A DNA stretch of 64,000 nt, taken from a virus. Below, one piece after another: positions 11,056 to 21,295 of this stretch. Under the pieces are notes generated by a model. It had not been told where the DNA came from and searched no databases. It saw only the letters and a list, made by a program, of their open reading frames with translations. The stretch's first letter is position 1; every line of letters begins with the position of its first letter. Location of the stretch: IMG/VR virus record IMGVR_UViG_3300042549_005813, one strand, 5' to 3'. A program made the position numbers and the translations under genes.

Positions 11056-11598
11056 ATGGCATTTAATGTATCAGAATTCAGAGCTAATATGATTGGAGAC
11101 GGAGCACGTCCTAATTTATTCTCTGTCTCTTTAATATTTCCATCAAACGTAACAAACTCAACAGCTGCTGGTCAGAAACTAACCTTTATGGCCAAAACAG
11201 CACAACTACCAGGTTCTTCAATTGGTACAGTTCCAGTATTTTACTTTGGACGTGAGATGAAATTTCCAGGTAACAGAACTTTTGCTGACTGGACATTGAC
11301 AATCATTAACGATGAAGATTTTGCAATCAGAAATTCTTTAGAAAACTGGATGAACTCTATCAATAGTCACTCAGGTAACGTAAGAAGCGGTGCAGCAAGA
11401 AATTCTAATGGTTATTCTGTTGATGCAAACGTTATTCAATATGGTAAAACAGGCAACGAATTGAAGAAATATAATTTCGTTGGTTTATTTCCATTAGATT
11501 TGGCACCAATCGACCTTGATTGGGGTTCAAATGACGCAATTGAAGAATTTACATGTACGTTTGCTTACCAATTCTGGGAAACAGACACAACATCTTGA
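11056..11598 (+). CDS. gp19: Tail tube protein gp19
   Basis: GARPNLF, GNRTFADWT and IEEFTCTF motifs. Confidence 0.95.
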   Translation: MAFNVSEFRANMIGDGARPNLFSVSLIFPSNVTNSTAAGQKLTFMAKTAQLPGSSIGTVPVFYFGREMKFPGNRTFADWTLTIINDEDFAIRNSLENWMNSINSHSGNVRSGAARNSNGYSVDANVIQYGKTGNELKKYNFVGLFPLDLAPIDLDWGSNDAIEEFTCTFAYQFWETDTTS

Positions 11599-11606
11599 TA
11601 TATAAC

Positions 11607-11638
11607 GGGAGGCCCAATAGGGTCTCCCATGTTTTTTT
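11607..11638 (+). terminator. Probable intrinsic terminator after gp19
   Basis: GGGAGGCCC-AATA-GGGTCTCCC hairpin followed by a T-run. Confidence 0.6.
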
Positions 11639-11661
11639 GATTTTATAATTACACACAAACT

Positions 11662-13407
11662 ATGGCAAACAACACAAATAAATTTTCACTGTTCGGTTTT
11701 ACAATTTCTCGCCAAAAGGATGAGGAAGATTCTACCGCACAACAATCATTTGCACCACCAACGCAAGACGATGGGGCATTAACTATTACATCTGCCGCTT
11801 ACTACGGCACTTATGTTGACCTTGACGGTACCGCAAAGAATGAAGTAGAACTAATCTCTCGTTACCGTGAAATGGCTATGCAACCTGAAATTGAATCTGC
11901 GATAGATGATATAGTTAATGAGGCTATTGTTCAAGATGATGATGGCAAAATAACACAAATTATTTTAGATGATTTAAAAGTTGCCGACAAAATTAAAAAG
12001 GCCATTAAAGAAGAATTCAATACCGTTTTGCGTATGTTGAGTTATCAGAACATGGCACAAGATATCTTCCGCCGTTACTATGTTGATGGTAGAATGTACT
12101 ATCACATCATTATTGACCGTGAGAAACCACAAGAAGGTATCAAAGAACTTCGTTACATCGACCCACGTAGATTACGTAAGGTTCGTGAGATGAAGAAACA
12201 AAAAGATGAAAGAACTGGTGCAGATGTTATGCAACCAGTGAATGAGTACTACATATACAACGACAAAGTTGTTAGTGGTAGTGCATCCAATTTTGGTCCT
12301 GTTGGTGTTCGCATTACAACAGACTCTATTATTTCGGTGGTATCGGGTCTTATGGACTCCCGCCGTGCGGTTGTTCTGAGTTATCTACATAAAGCAATTA
12401 AACCTCTTAATCAATTACGTATGATAGAGGATGCAACAGTTATCTACCGTATCTCAAGAGCACCAGAACGCCGTATCTTTTACATTGACGTTGGCAATTT
12501 ACCAAAATTAAAGGCCGAACAATACATGCGTGATATTATGGTCAAGTATAAAAATAAACTTGTCTATGATGCCAATACAGGTGAAGTACGTGATGACCGC
12601 AAGTTTATGTCCATGATGGAAGATTTCTGGTTACCACGCCGAGAAGGTGGCAAAGGTACAGAGATTACTACACTACCAGGTGGACAGAACCTAGGCGAGT
12701 TGGAAGACGTTAAATACTTCCAGAAGAAACTCTATGGTGCGTTGTGTGTTCCAATCTCTAGGTTAGAACCTAACCAAGGATTCTCACTTGGTCGTTCATC
12801 AGAGATTACTAGAGATGAATTAAAATTCTCTAAATTTGTAGACAGATTAAGAAGTAAATTTTCCGAAGTATTCAATCAAGCCTTACGTGTACAGTGTGTA
12901 CTGAAAGGCATTTGTACAGATGAAGAATGGGAATTGTTTAAAGAAGATATTCATTATGACTTCATTAAAGATAATAATTTCTCCGAATTAAAAGAAGCGG
13001 AATTAATGTCACAAAGATTAACGTTGTTACAATCGGTTGATCCATACACTGGTCGTTATTTCTCACAAAAATGGATTCAACAAAATGTGTTGCGTCTAAC
13101 AGATGATGAGATTACAGATATGGATAAAGAAATTGAAACAGAAAAAGAAATGGGTCTTGGATTGCCTGTTGCTGTAACAAATGATGTTGCACAACAACAG
13201 ATGTTAGGACAAGTCCAAACCGACCAAATGGTACAACAGGCACAATTGATGCCTGATCCTGCACCAGCTGGTGGTTCCAGTTCTGGTGGTGGTAGTTCAT
13301 CATCAAGTAGTAAACCAAAAAGTTCCAGTGGTTCGAAATCGGTTAAAGGTGACCTCAGCTTAGAAGAAGTTGAAACAACATTTACCAGATTGAAACGCAT
13401 TTTATAA
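11662..13407 (+). CDS. gp20: Portal protein gp20
   Basis: YRISRAPERRIFYIDVGNLP and EDFWLPRREGGKGTEI motifs. Confidence 0.97.
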   Translation: MANNTNKFSLFGFTISRQKDEEDSTAQQSFAPPTQDDGALTITSAAYYGTYVDLDGTAKNEVELISRYREMAMQPEIESAIDDIVNEAIVQDDDGKITQIILDDLKVADKIKKAIKEEFNTVLRMLSYQNMAQDIFRRYYVDGRMYYHIIIDREKPQEGIKELRYIDPRRLRKVREMKKQKDERTGADVMQPVNEYYIYNDKVVSGSASNFGPVGVRITTDSIISVVSGLMDSRRAVVLSYLHKAIKPLNQLRMIEDATVIYRISRAPERRIFYIDVGNLPKLKAEQYMRDIMVKYKNKLVYDANTGEVRDDRKFMSMMEDFWLPRREGGKGTEITTLPGGQNLGELEDVKYFQKKLYGALCVPISRLEPNQGFSLGRSSEITRDELKFSKFVDRLRSKFSEVFNQALRVQCVLKGICTDEEWELFKEDIHYDFIKDNNFSELKEAELMSQRLTLLQSVDPYTGRYFSQKWIQQNVLRLTDDEITDMDKEIETEKEMGLGLPVAVTNDVAQQQMLGQVQTDQMVQQAQLMPDPAPAGGSSSGGGSSSSSSKPKSSSGSKSVKGDLSLEEVETTFTRLKRIL

Positions 13408-13420
13408 TTAGGAGATAACA

Positions 13421-13633
13421 ATGGATAAAGCAAGAGAAATAGTAGACTACGCAGAAACAGATAACGCAATCGAAATGCGTAATGCATTATATTCTGCACT
13501 ACACGATAGAGTTAAAGCTCATATTGAAACACACAAGGTAGAAGTTGCAAAACAATTAATGAATCCAGATGATGCAACTGCTGAAGATGAGGTTGCACAT
13601 GCAGATGAACCTGCAACAACCGAAACTGAATAA
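13421..13633 (+). CDS. Small acidic prohead core protein (gp67 position)
   Basis: Acidic 70-aa ORF directly after portal; AGGAG SD. Confidence 0.6.
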   Translation: MDKAREIVDYAETDNAIEMRNALYSALHDRVKAHIETHKVEVAKQLMNPDDATAEDEVAHADEPATTETE

Positions 13634-13645
13634 TTTTGACACTGG

Positions 13646-13653
13646 TATAAATA
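13646..13653 (+). promoter_or_regulatory. T4-type late promoter TATAAATA
   Basis: Exact gp55 consensus in intergenic space. Also at 14857, 32184 and 57843; NATAAATA variants precede gp13, gp18 and the ORFs at 52795 and 63023. Confidence 0.75.
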
Positions 13654-13680
13654 TTATTCAAACAATAACAGGGATTTCAA

Positions 13681-14202
13681 ATGGCAAATTCATTTTCATA
13701 TCAAGTCATTAAAGACACAACAGAACATGCCGTTATTAAGTTAACAGGCAAGTTTGATGGTACTGGTCAAGAAGACAACAACAGAAGAATTACAGCTAAC
13801 TCATTGTATGGTGCATTAGATAGTTCAAAAGGAAATTTACTTTCATCGACCGCAAATACAGGCGCACTATCTTACTATGGTTTAGCTCTGAATCGTTTAT
13901 GGTATTCAGGTCCTAATAATGGTGATGTTAATTTATTTTGGCACGCCGATACTACCGCACCGATATTCATATTGAATGGTAATAGTGAGTTTGATGGCCA
14001 AGGTAACTGGGTAACAATACCAAACAACACAAAAGGAACAGCAAACTCCAAAGGTGATATAGGTATTCAAACTAGAGGCATGGTCGCAAACAATTCATAT
14101 ACATTAATATTAGAATTACGTAAAGACAACGAACACTATCAACGTGGTCAGTTTAACGATCCAGCTGCATTTAACTACGGTAGTTACGGCATAAGACCAT
14201 AA
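13681..14202 (+). CDS. Hypothetical structural protein
   Basis: ORF between prohead core gene and gp21, downstream of a late promoter. Confidence 0.55.
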   Translation: MANSFSYQVIKDTTEHAVIKLTGKFDGTGQEDNNRRITANSLYGALDSSKGNLLSSTANTGALSYYGLALNRLWYSGPNNGDVNLFWHADTTAPIFILNGNSEFDGQGNWVTIPNNTKGTANSKGDIGIQTRGMVANNSYTLILELRKDNEHYQRGQFNDPAAFNYGSYGIRP

Positions 14203-14210
14203 GGATTAAA

Positions 14211-14855
14211 ATGAAACTCATTAGAGAACTTACCGAATCGGTACAATACTTAACGGAAGAAAAAGATGGAAAGAAAACTCTTTTCATTGAAGGTCCGTTT
14301 CTAGTTGCAGAATCGGTTAACAAAAATAAACGCATGTATAGAGAAGAAACAATGCGTAATGAAGTTAACCGTTATAACGAAGAATACATTCAAAAAAATC
14401 GTGCCTTTGGTGAACTGGGACATCCAGACACCCCATCCATTAATCTTGACCGTGTATCACACTTAATTGTTGGTCTGCGTCAAGAAGGAAATGCTTGGAT
14501 AGGCAAAGCAAAAATTCTTGAAACCCCTATGGGTAACATTGCAAGAAACCTTATCGAAGGCGGCGCACAACTTGGTGTGTCATCTAGAGGTATGGGTTCT
14601 CTTAAAATGGAAAACGGCATCAATGTCGTTCAAGGAGACTTTCATCTGGCCACAGCGGCAGATATTGTAGCAGATCCTTCTGCACCTGGTGCTTTTGTAC
14701 AAGGTATTATGGAAGGTAAGGAGTGGATGTTGGTTAACGGTGTTTGGACCGAACAACATTACGATGAAGCTAAACAAGAGATTAAGCAAGCATCACGCAA
14801 AGAGATTGAAACTGTAAGTTTAAAAATCTTTGAAAACTTCCTTAAAAAACTTTAA
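14211..14855 (+). CDS. gp21: Prohead protease gp21
   Basis: GELGHP, GVSSRGMGS and DIVADPSAP motifs. Confidence 0.96.
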   Translation: MKLIRELTESVQYLTEEKDGKKTLFIEGPFLVAESVNKNKRMYREETMRNEVNRYNEEYIQKNRAFGELGHPDTPSINLDRVSHLIVGLRQEGNAWIGKAKILETPMGNIARNLIEGGAQLGVSSRGMGSLKMENGINVVQGDFHLATAADIVADPSAPGAFVQGIMEGKEWMLVNGVWTEQHYDEAKQEIKQASRKEIETVSLKIFENFLKKL

Positions 14856-14856
14856 A

Positions 14857-14864
14857 TATAAATA
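14857..14864 (+). promoter_or_regulatory. T4-type late promoter TATAAATA upstream of gp22/gp23
   Basis: Exact consensus. Confidence 0.75.
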
Positions 14865-14892
14865 TCCAATATAAATCAAGGAGATTCTCAAA

Positions 14893-16152
14893 ATGGGAAA
14901 ATTTAATCTGACAGACGCCGCTAAATCAATTCTTACAGAAGGTGCCAAAGAAACTTTTGATGCATCTGTAAGTCGTGGCCACAAAGACGCACCTTCAAAG
15001 TTACCTACATCTGTTGCTTATGGCACAAAAGATGTTGGCGAAGTTGCTGGCGAAATCAAAAAACAAGATGACCAAACTGGTGACTACACAAAAGGTACAC
15101 CAACAGCAACACCACCAGGCGCAACACCACCAGTTGGTTCAGAACCTGGTCAGAAGTTGTCCGGTCCTGCTGACTCACAAGGTTCTGAACACAAAGCTGT
15201 TCAAGCTGCAGCAACTGATTACAACGCAATTCGTGACCGTATCAAAGCTAAACTTGCACCACAAATGATGCAAGCAAATCCAGGTGCAACATTCCAATCT
15301 TATGCTGAAGAAAAAGTAGAAGCAGAAGAAGTTGTTGCAGAAGAAAAAGAAGGTCACGAAGATGCAGCAGAAGATAAAAAAATGATTAAGTCTATGATGA
15401 AGAAACAAAAAATGAAAGAACAAATGGACCAAGACGTAGGTGCATTGCTTTCAGGTGAAGACCTTTCAGAAGAATTCAAGACAAAAGCAACCACAATTTT
15501 TGAATCTGCCGTTATTGCTCGTTCACAATCCATCATGGAAGAAGTTGAAGAAGCATTGTACGAAGAATTTGAAGTGGCTGTTGAATCAGTTAAAGAAGAT
15601 TTGGCTAAGAAGTTGGATGACTACATCAACTACATGGCTGAAGAATGGTTCAAAGAAAACCAATTGGCAATCGAAAAAGGTCTACGTTCTGAAATCGTTG
15701 AAGATTTCATCCGTGGTCTAAAAGGTCTATTCGAAGAACACTACATTGACATTCCAGAAGAAAAAGTGGATGTTGTGGAAGAATTGACAACAAAGGTTGA
15801 ACAATTGGAAACTTCAGTCAACGAAGAAATTTCACGTAACGTTGAAATGAAGAAACAAATTAACGAATTTAAAAAGACAGAGGCTATACATACAGTATGT
15901 GAAGGCCTGACGCAGACACAAGTAGAAAAACTAAAATCACTCGCAGAGACTGTTGAGTTTACTACTGAAGAAGAATTTGGTCGCAAACTAGAAACCTTGG
16001 TAGATTCATACTTCCAACAAACAGTTAAAGCACCAGTTAGTTCTGCTCTACACGAAGCTGTAGAAGTTGAGGATGAGAAGAAGCCAGTGGCATCTGCTGA
16101 TCCTGCAATCGCTCAGTACGCACAAATCATCTCTAAATCATTGGCTAAATAA
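14893..16152 (+). CDS. gp22: Prohead scaffold protein gp22
   Basis: Acidic coiled coil; LSEEFKTKATTIFE and YINYMAEEW; lies between gp21 and gp23. Confidence 0.92.
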   Translation: MGKFNLTDAAKSILTEGAKETFDASVSRGHKDAPSKLPTSVAYGTKDVGEVAGEIKKQDDQTGDYTKGTPTATPPGATPPVGSEPGQKLSGPADSQGSEHKAVQAAATDYNAIRDRIKAKLAPQMMQANPGATFQSYAEEKVEAEEVVAEEKEGHEDAAEDKKMIKSMMKKQKMKEQMDQDVGALLSGEDLSEEFKTKATTIFESAVIARSQSIMEEVEEALYEEFEVAVESVKEDLAKKLDDYINYMAEEWFKENQLAIEKGLRSEIVEDFIRGLKGLFEEHYIDIPEEKVDVVEELTTKVEQLETSVNEEISRNVEMKKQINEFKKTEAIHTVCEGLTQTQVEKLKSLAETVEFTTEEEFGRKLETLVDSYFQQTVKAPVSSALHEAVEVEDEKKPVASADPAIAQYAQIISKSLAK

Positions 16153-16193
16153 ATAAACTTTACCAATAAAAGATACTAATAAGGAGAACATTA

Positions 16194-17540
16194 ATGTATC
16201 TAACCGAAGAACTACAAAAGAAATGGGCACCAGTCCTTGAACACGAAGGCCTAGAGTCCATCAAAGACCCATACAAGAAAGCTGTTACAGCACTTGTTTT
16301 GGAAAACCAACAACGTGAAATGGCTGCAGCATCACAACAGTTGAATGAAACTGCTGTGTCTTCTGCACCAACAAACGTTACAGGTTCTGGCATTTCTAAC
16401 TACGACCCAATCTTGATTAGTTTGGTTCGCCGTGCATTGCCTAACTTGATTGCTTATGATGTTGCAGGCGTTCAACCAATGACTGGACCTACTGGTCTAA
16501 TCTTTGCGATGCGTGCTCGTTACGACACACAATCTGGTTCACCAAACAACGCAAACGAAGCGTTCTTCAACGAAGCAAACACAGAGTTCTCTGGTGCATT
16601 GTCTACTTCTAATCCATACGGATTCCGTGGTAACAACGCAACAGATATCCGCACAAACCCTGTTGCAGATTTGACTGCTAACCACTACACAACTGGTATT
16701 GCATTTTCAACAGCAACTGCTGAAGCACTAGGTGCCGACACAGATAGTCCTTTCAAACAAATGGCATTCTCAATTGAGAAAGTTACTGTTACTGCACAAA
16801 GCCGTGCATTGAAAGCTGAATACTCACTAGAACTTGCACAAGACTTGAAAGCAATCCATGGTTTGGATGCTGAAACAGAATTGAGCAACATTCTTTCTAC
16901 TGAGATTCTTGCTGAAATCAACCGTGAAGTTATCCGTACTATCTACACATGTGCTGTTGCAGGCGCTCAGTATGGTACTACAACTCCTGGTTCTTTCGAC
17001 TTGGACACAGACTCTAACGGTCGTTGGTCTGTTGAACGTTTCAAAGGTTTGATTTTCCAAATCGAACGTGATGCTAACGTTATTGCAAAACAAACTCGTA
17101 GAGGTAAAGGCAACGTGATGATTGTATCATCTGATGTTGCTTCTGCTATGGCTATGGCTGGCGTGTTGCAATACACACCTAACCTAAACGCTGACCTACA
17201 AGTTGATGACACAGGCAATACATTTGCTGGTATGTTACACGGTCGTATCAAGGTCTATATTGACCCATACTTCGGTGGTTACACATCTAACCAAGAATTG
17301 GTGACAATCGGTTATAAGGGTTCTTCTCCTTATGACGCTGGTATTTTCTATTGCCCATACGTACCGTTGCAAATGGTTCGTGCAATTGACCAGTACACAT
17401 TCCAACCAAAGATTGGTTTCAAAACACGTTACGGCATGGTTGCAAACCCATTCGCAACTGGTTTGACAAGTGGCAATGGCGCATTGAACGCACGTTCAAA
17501 CGTTTACTACCGTATCTTCCAAGTTAAAAACTTGATGTAA
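16194..17540 (+). CDS. gp23: Major capsid protein gp23
   Basis: GVQPMTGPTGLIFAMR, ELAQDLKAIHGLDAE and FQPKIGFKTRYG. Confidence 0.98.
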   Translation: MYLTEELQKKWAPVLEHEGLESIKDPYKKAVTALVLENQQREMAAASQQLNETAVSSAPTNVTGSGISNYDPILISLVRRALPNLIAYDVAGVQPMTGPTGLIFAMRARYDTQSGSPNNANEAFFNEANTEFSGALSTSNPYGFRGNNATDIRTNPVADLTANHYTTGIAFSTATAEALGADTDSPFKQMAFSIEKVTVTAQSRALKAEYSLELAQDLKAIHGLDAETELSNILSTEILAEINREVIRTIYTCAVAGAQYGTTTPGSFDLDTDSNGRWSVERFKGLIFQIERDANVIAKQTRRGKGNVMIVSSDVASAMAMAGVLQYTPNLNADLQVDDTGNTFAGMLHGRIKVYIDPYFGGYTSNQELVTIGYKGSSPYDAGIFYCPYVPLQMVRAIDQYTFQPKIGFKTRYGMVANPFATGLTSGNGALNARSNVYYRIFQVKNLM

Positions 17541-17568
17541 GACCAGAGTCACCGCAGAGTGACACTTT

Positions 17569-17597
17569 AAAGACCACCTTCGGGTGGTCTTTTTTTT
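17569..17597 (+). terminator. Intrinsic terminator after gp23
   Basis: AAAGACCACC-TTCG-GGTGGTCTTT followed by T-run. Confidence 0.9.
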
Positions 17598-17626
17598 GGC
17601 TCCTAAATACTGATAGAGGAGATAAA

Positions 17627-18139
17627 ATGACAGCAATAAACAGAAGTCCTGAGAACACAAACCTATTACAGTCAACGAAGTTTTTATTAACGTTTGATAG
17701 AATTAGAACAACACAATATTTCTGCCAAACTGTTAATCTTCCTGGCGTGTCTTTGGGTGAAGTGAGCCGAACAACACCGTTCTTGGACATGTATTCACCT
17801 GGTACCAAATTATCATACGATCCATTGGTTGTAGAATTCATATTGGATGAAGAACTACAAGGATGGAAAAATCTATATGATTGGTTTTTGACAATGGCTG
17901 ATCCAGATGGATTTGAAGAACGTGGTGGTAGTAGAGAGTTGCAAACCAATAAACATTTCTCAGATGCCACATTAAGTATTCTAAGTGGACTAAACAATCC
18001 TTTACTTAGAATACACTACACCAATTTATTTCCTTTGAGTATTAGTGATATTAGATTTGACACCACACAATCTGCGGATACAATATTGACCGCAACGGCA
18101 ACATTTAGATATCAATCGTATACCTACTTGACAGTGTAA
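17627..18139 (+). CDS. gp3: Tail tube completion protein gp3
   Basis: YFCQTVNLPG, DEEL and SDATL motifs; follows gp23. Confidence 0.85.
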   Translation: MTAINRSPENTNLLQSTKFLLTFDRIRTTQYFCQTVNLPGVSLGEVSRTTPFLDMYSPGTKLSYDPLVVEFILDEELQGWKNLYDWFLTMADPDGFEERGGSRELQTNKHFSDATLSILSGLNNPLLRIHYTNLFPLSISDIRFDTTQSADTILTATATFRYQSYTYLTV

Positions 18140-18156
18140 TCATTTTGTGTTATAAT
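18128..18156 (+). promoter_or_regulatory. Sigma70 promoter for uvsY
   Basis: TTGACA-17-TATAAT. Confidence 0.85.
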
Positions 18157-18233
18157 GTTTTGAATAGATAAAACAACATTAAGTTGTTGATTTTGAAAGA
18201 GATTTTGTTATTTGAATAGATAGATGAATAGAT

Positions 18234-18668
18234 ATGGAAACACTTGAACAAATTTTAAAGATGTGGGAAAGCGATGCGGTTATAGACCAAACCGAGCCGT
18301 CTAAAGAATTATTAAACATTCCCAAATATCACAGCAAGTATCTTGGTATTTTAACCAAGCATAAGATTGCGTCCAAAAAAGCCCACTTTGATTATCTACG
18401 TATGCGTAAGGTCAAATGGGAATATTTTACTGGCAAAATGTCCGAAGAAGAATTGGAACAATATGGTTGGGATCCATTTCAATTTGCACTCAAATCGGAT
18501 ATCAACACCTACCTAGAAGCAGATAAAGACCTCATCAAGTTACTTGAAAAGAAAGTATACCATGAGGAAGTTACATCCGTGGTTGAATCAATTATGGCCG
18601 AACTTAAGCAAAGAACGTGGCAGTTAAGAGATTTTATATCCTGGGAAAAATTTATAGGTGGCCAATGA
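18234..18668 (+). CDS. uvsY: Recombination mediator UvsY
   Basis: IPKYHSKYL, YFTGK, YLEAD and RTWQLRDFISW. Confidence 0.88.
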   Translation: METLEQILKMWESDAVIDQTEPSKELLNIPKYHSKYLGILTKHKIASKKAHFDYLRMRKVKWEYFTGKMSEEELEQYGWDPFQFALKSDINTYLEADKDLIKLLEKKVYHEEVTSVVESIMAELKQRTWQLRDFISWEKFIGGQ

Positions 18669-18853
18669 ACAAAGACCATATATCCAGAAGATATACTAAA
18701 ATGCCTTGGGGTAAACATAAAGGTAGGTATATCAAAGACTTACCGGATTCTTACTTGGCATGGGCAACCAAACCAGGAAACTATGAGCAGAGAAGTTTGG
18801 TTATGTGGTTTCAAGAAGAACTAGATTATAGAAAAAAATATGGAAATAAGTGA
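18665..18853 (+). CDS. Small protein with MPWGKHKG motif (DUF3820-like)
   Basis: MPWGKHKG...LPDSYLAW; start moved to the ATG overlapping the uvsY stop. Confidence 0.65.
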   Translation: MNKDHISRRYTKMPWGKHKGRYIKDLPDSYLAWATKPGNYEQRSLVMWFQEELDYRKKYGNK

Positions 18854-20333
18854 ACACATCACAATAACCAAAGTAAACGAGGTTTACGGCAAAGTGGAAT
18901 GCGAACGCCACGTTGCACGGGAACTATCAGAGTACTTCACATTCTTTGTACCCGGTTATCAGTTCGTTCCAGCCTATCGGAATCGCATTTGGGATGGTAA
19001 GATTCGTCTATTCAATCTACAGACCAGTCAATTATATCTTGGACTAGTTCCATATCTTACAGAATTTTGTGATGAACGTGAATATGCCTACTCACATGAC
19101 CTAATTGAAGATGAATATTCTGTATATCATGCACATAAATTCTTTGATACTTTGAATCTACATTCACAAGGCAAACCAATTGGTGTCAGAGAACATCAAC
19201 AAAATGCGTTCATCGAAGCAATACAAAAACGTAGAACCTTGTTGTTGTCACCAACCGCATCGGGCAAGTCACTAATCATCTATTTGATTTGTCGCCAGTT
19301 GTTAGATTATCAAAATCTAAAAGGTCTTATTATTGTGCCAACCACCTCATTGGTTGAACAGTTGTATGGAGATTTTGGAGATTATGCAAGTGAATCTGGT
19401 TTTAAAAACTACATGCACGTACACAGAATCTACCAAGGTAAAGAAAAAACAACAGACAAAGCAATAACAATCTCCACATGGCAATCACTTTACAAGATGC
19501 CGCCAGAATACTTTCATCAATTTGATTACGTCATTGGTGACGAAGCCCATCTATTCAAAGCACAGTCTTTGACTTCCATATTAACATCATGTGTCAATGC
19601 CAAGTATCGTATTGGTCTTACTGGAACTCTGGATGGAACAAAGACACATAAGTTGGTACTAGAAGGTTTATTTGGACCAACTAAAAAAGTTGTAACAACC
19701 AAAGAGTTGATTGACAAAAAACAACTATCATCTTTTAACATAAAGTGTTTGGTACTAAAACACTCTGAGGAGATTTGTCAACAAATGAAAGACAAGTCTT
19801 ATCCAGATGAACTGAAGTACTTAATAGAATCTGAAAACCGTAATCGTTTCATCCGTAATTTGGCAGTAAGTTTAACCAAAAATACATTAGTGTTGTTTCA
19901 AATGAAGAAACACGGTAAAATACTGTACGAAATGATTAAAGAAAAGGCCGTTGGTCGTAAGGTATTTTTTGTTGATGGTGACGTTGAAACAGAAGTCAGA
20001 GAAGAAATACGTAGAATTATGGAATTAGAAAATGATGCAATTTTTCTGGCATCGTTTGGTACAACAAGTACTGGTACAAACATTAGAAATCTGCACAACA
20101 TTATATTCACATCACCATCTAAGTCTAGGGTTAGGAATCTACAGTCTATTGGCCGTGGTCTAAGGCAATCTGATGGCAAAGAGGTTGCAACTCTTTATGA
20201 TATTGCAGACGACCTTAGAATCAAAAAACACACAAACTTTACTCTGCAACATTTCGTTGAAAGAGTGAAGATATATAATGAAGAACAGTTCTCTTTTAAA
20301 ATTTACAATATAGGACTAAAAAATGGCAGTTAA
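18840..20333 (+). CDS. uvsW: DNA helicase UvsW
   Basis: SPTASGKS, DEAH, GLTGT and QSIGRGLR. Confidence 0.95.
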   Translation: MEISEHITITKVNEVYGKVECERHVARELSEYFTFFVPGYQFVPAYRNRIWDGKIRLFNLQTSQLYLGLVPYLTEFCDEREYAYSHDLIEDEYSVYHAHKFFDTLNLHSQGKPIGVREHQQNAFIEAIQKRRTLLLSPTASGKSLIIYLICRQLLDYQNLKGLIIVPTTSLVEQLYGDFGDYASESGFKNYMHVHRIYQGKEKTTDKAITISTWQSLYKMPPEYFHQFDYVIGDEAHLFKAQSLTSILTSCVNAKYRIGLTGTLDGTKTHKLVLEGLFGPTKKVVTTKELIDKKQLSSFNIKCLVLKHSEEICQQMKDKSYPDELKYLIESENRNRFIRNLAVSLTKNTLVLFQMKKHGKILYEMIKEKAVGRKVFFVDGDVETEVREEIRRIMELENDAIFLASFGTTSTGTNIRNLHNIIFTSPSKSRVRNLQSIGRGLRQSDGKEVATLYDIADDLRIKKHTNFTLQHFVERVKIYNEEQFSFKIYNIGLKNGS

Positions 20334-20673
20334 AATTTTACGATTTAAAGACGGTCTAGATGTAATCTGTGACTGCATTTTTGAAAAAGATAACAAAGTG
20401 GTGATTGACAATCCCATGTTGTTCGAGCTCAGAGGAACAAATCTTATGTTACAACACTGGTTACCGGTGTTCGTAATGAAAGGTGAGTCTGTTGAGGTTG
20501 GTATAGATAACATACTATGCACAATGGAACCAACCGATGATTTTGAAGAATATTATTCATCAGCTATCATTAAGTTGAAAGACTCTGAGAGGAAAGAAAG
20601 AGAAGTGGAACTCAACGATGAGGTACTAGCTGCTTTCGAAGAAAAGGAAATTGGTAAATCCTTAATACATTAA
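20323..20673 (+). CDS. Conserved hypothetical protein between uvsW and gp55
   Basis: ORF with AGGA SD; usual T4-like synteny. Confidence 0.6.
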   Translation: MAVKILRFKDGLDVICDCIFEKDNKVVIDNPMLFELRGTNLMLQHWLPVFVMKGESVEVGIDNILCTMEPTDDFEEYYSSAIIKLKDSERKEREVELNDEVLAAFEEKEIGKSLIH

Positions 20674-20694
20674 CATCATAGGGGAACACCGAGG

Positions 20695-20723
20695 ACTATA
20701 ACACATGTCAAGCCCCTTGTCAA
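20695..20723 (-). promoter_or_regulatory. Minus-strand sigma70 promoter pointing away from gp55
   Basis: Reverse complement reads TTGACA-17-TATAGT. Confidence 0.6.
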
Positions 20724-20745
20724 CAACTTTTTATGGTACATTTGA

Positions 20746-21291
20746 ATGAGTAAACAAAAACATTATATAAACAATCAAGACTTCCTAGCGGCACTGGTAG
20801 ATTATAAATCTAGATGTGCAGAAGCTGAGGCTGCCAACAAACCAAAGCCAAACATTCCAAATTACATTGGTGAATGCTGGATGAAAATTGCCGAAGGTCT
20901 ATCACACAAACCAAACTTCATTAACTATACGTACCGAGATGAAATGGTTTCGGATGGTATTGAGAATTGCTTAATGTACTTTGCAAACTTTGATCCAACA
21001 AAGTCTTCCAATCCATTTGCATACTTTACTCAAATCATTTACTTTGCCTTTCTAAGACGCATACAGAAAGAAAAGAAACAGTTGTATGTGAAGTATAAAG
21101 CCACAGAGATGTACGGTATTCTGGATGAATTTGAAATGTTGGAAGGTGAAGATGGTAGTACCAAACAATTTGAACTGTATGACAACATTGCAGAGTTTAT
21201 CGGAACATATGAGGATGCCAGAAAAGCAAAGAAAGCCGAAAAAGATGCGGCAAAGAAACCAAAAGGGCTTGAAAAATTTATTGAGGAGTGA
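20746..21291 (+). CDS. gp55: Late-transcription sigma factor gp55
   Basis: HYINN, NFINYTYRDEMVSDGIENC and NPFAYFTQI. Confidence 0.96.
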   Translation: MSKQKHYINNQDFLAALVDYKSRCAEAEAANKPKPNIPNYIGECWMKIAEGLSHKPNFINYTYRDEMVSDGIENCLMYFANFDPTKSSNPFAYFTQIIYFAFLRRIQKEKKQLYVKYKATEMYGILDEFEMLEGEDGSTKQFELYDNIAEFIGTYEDARKAKKAEKDAAKKPKGLEKFIEE

Positions 21292-21295
21292 TATA

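Noticed and set aside
7249-17997. Minus-strand and alternate-frame ORFs overlapping core structural genes
   Set aside because: Antisense shadows of well-supported T4 core genes, with no motifs of their own.
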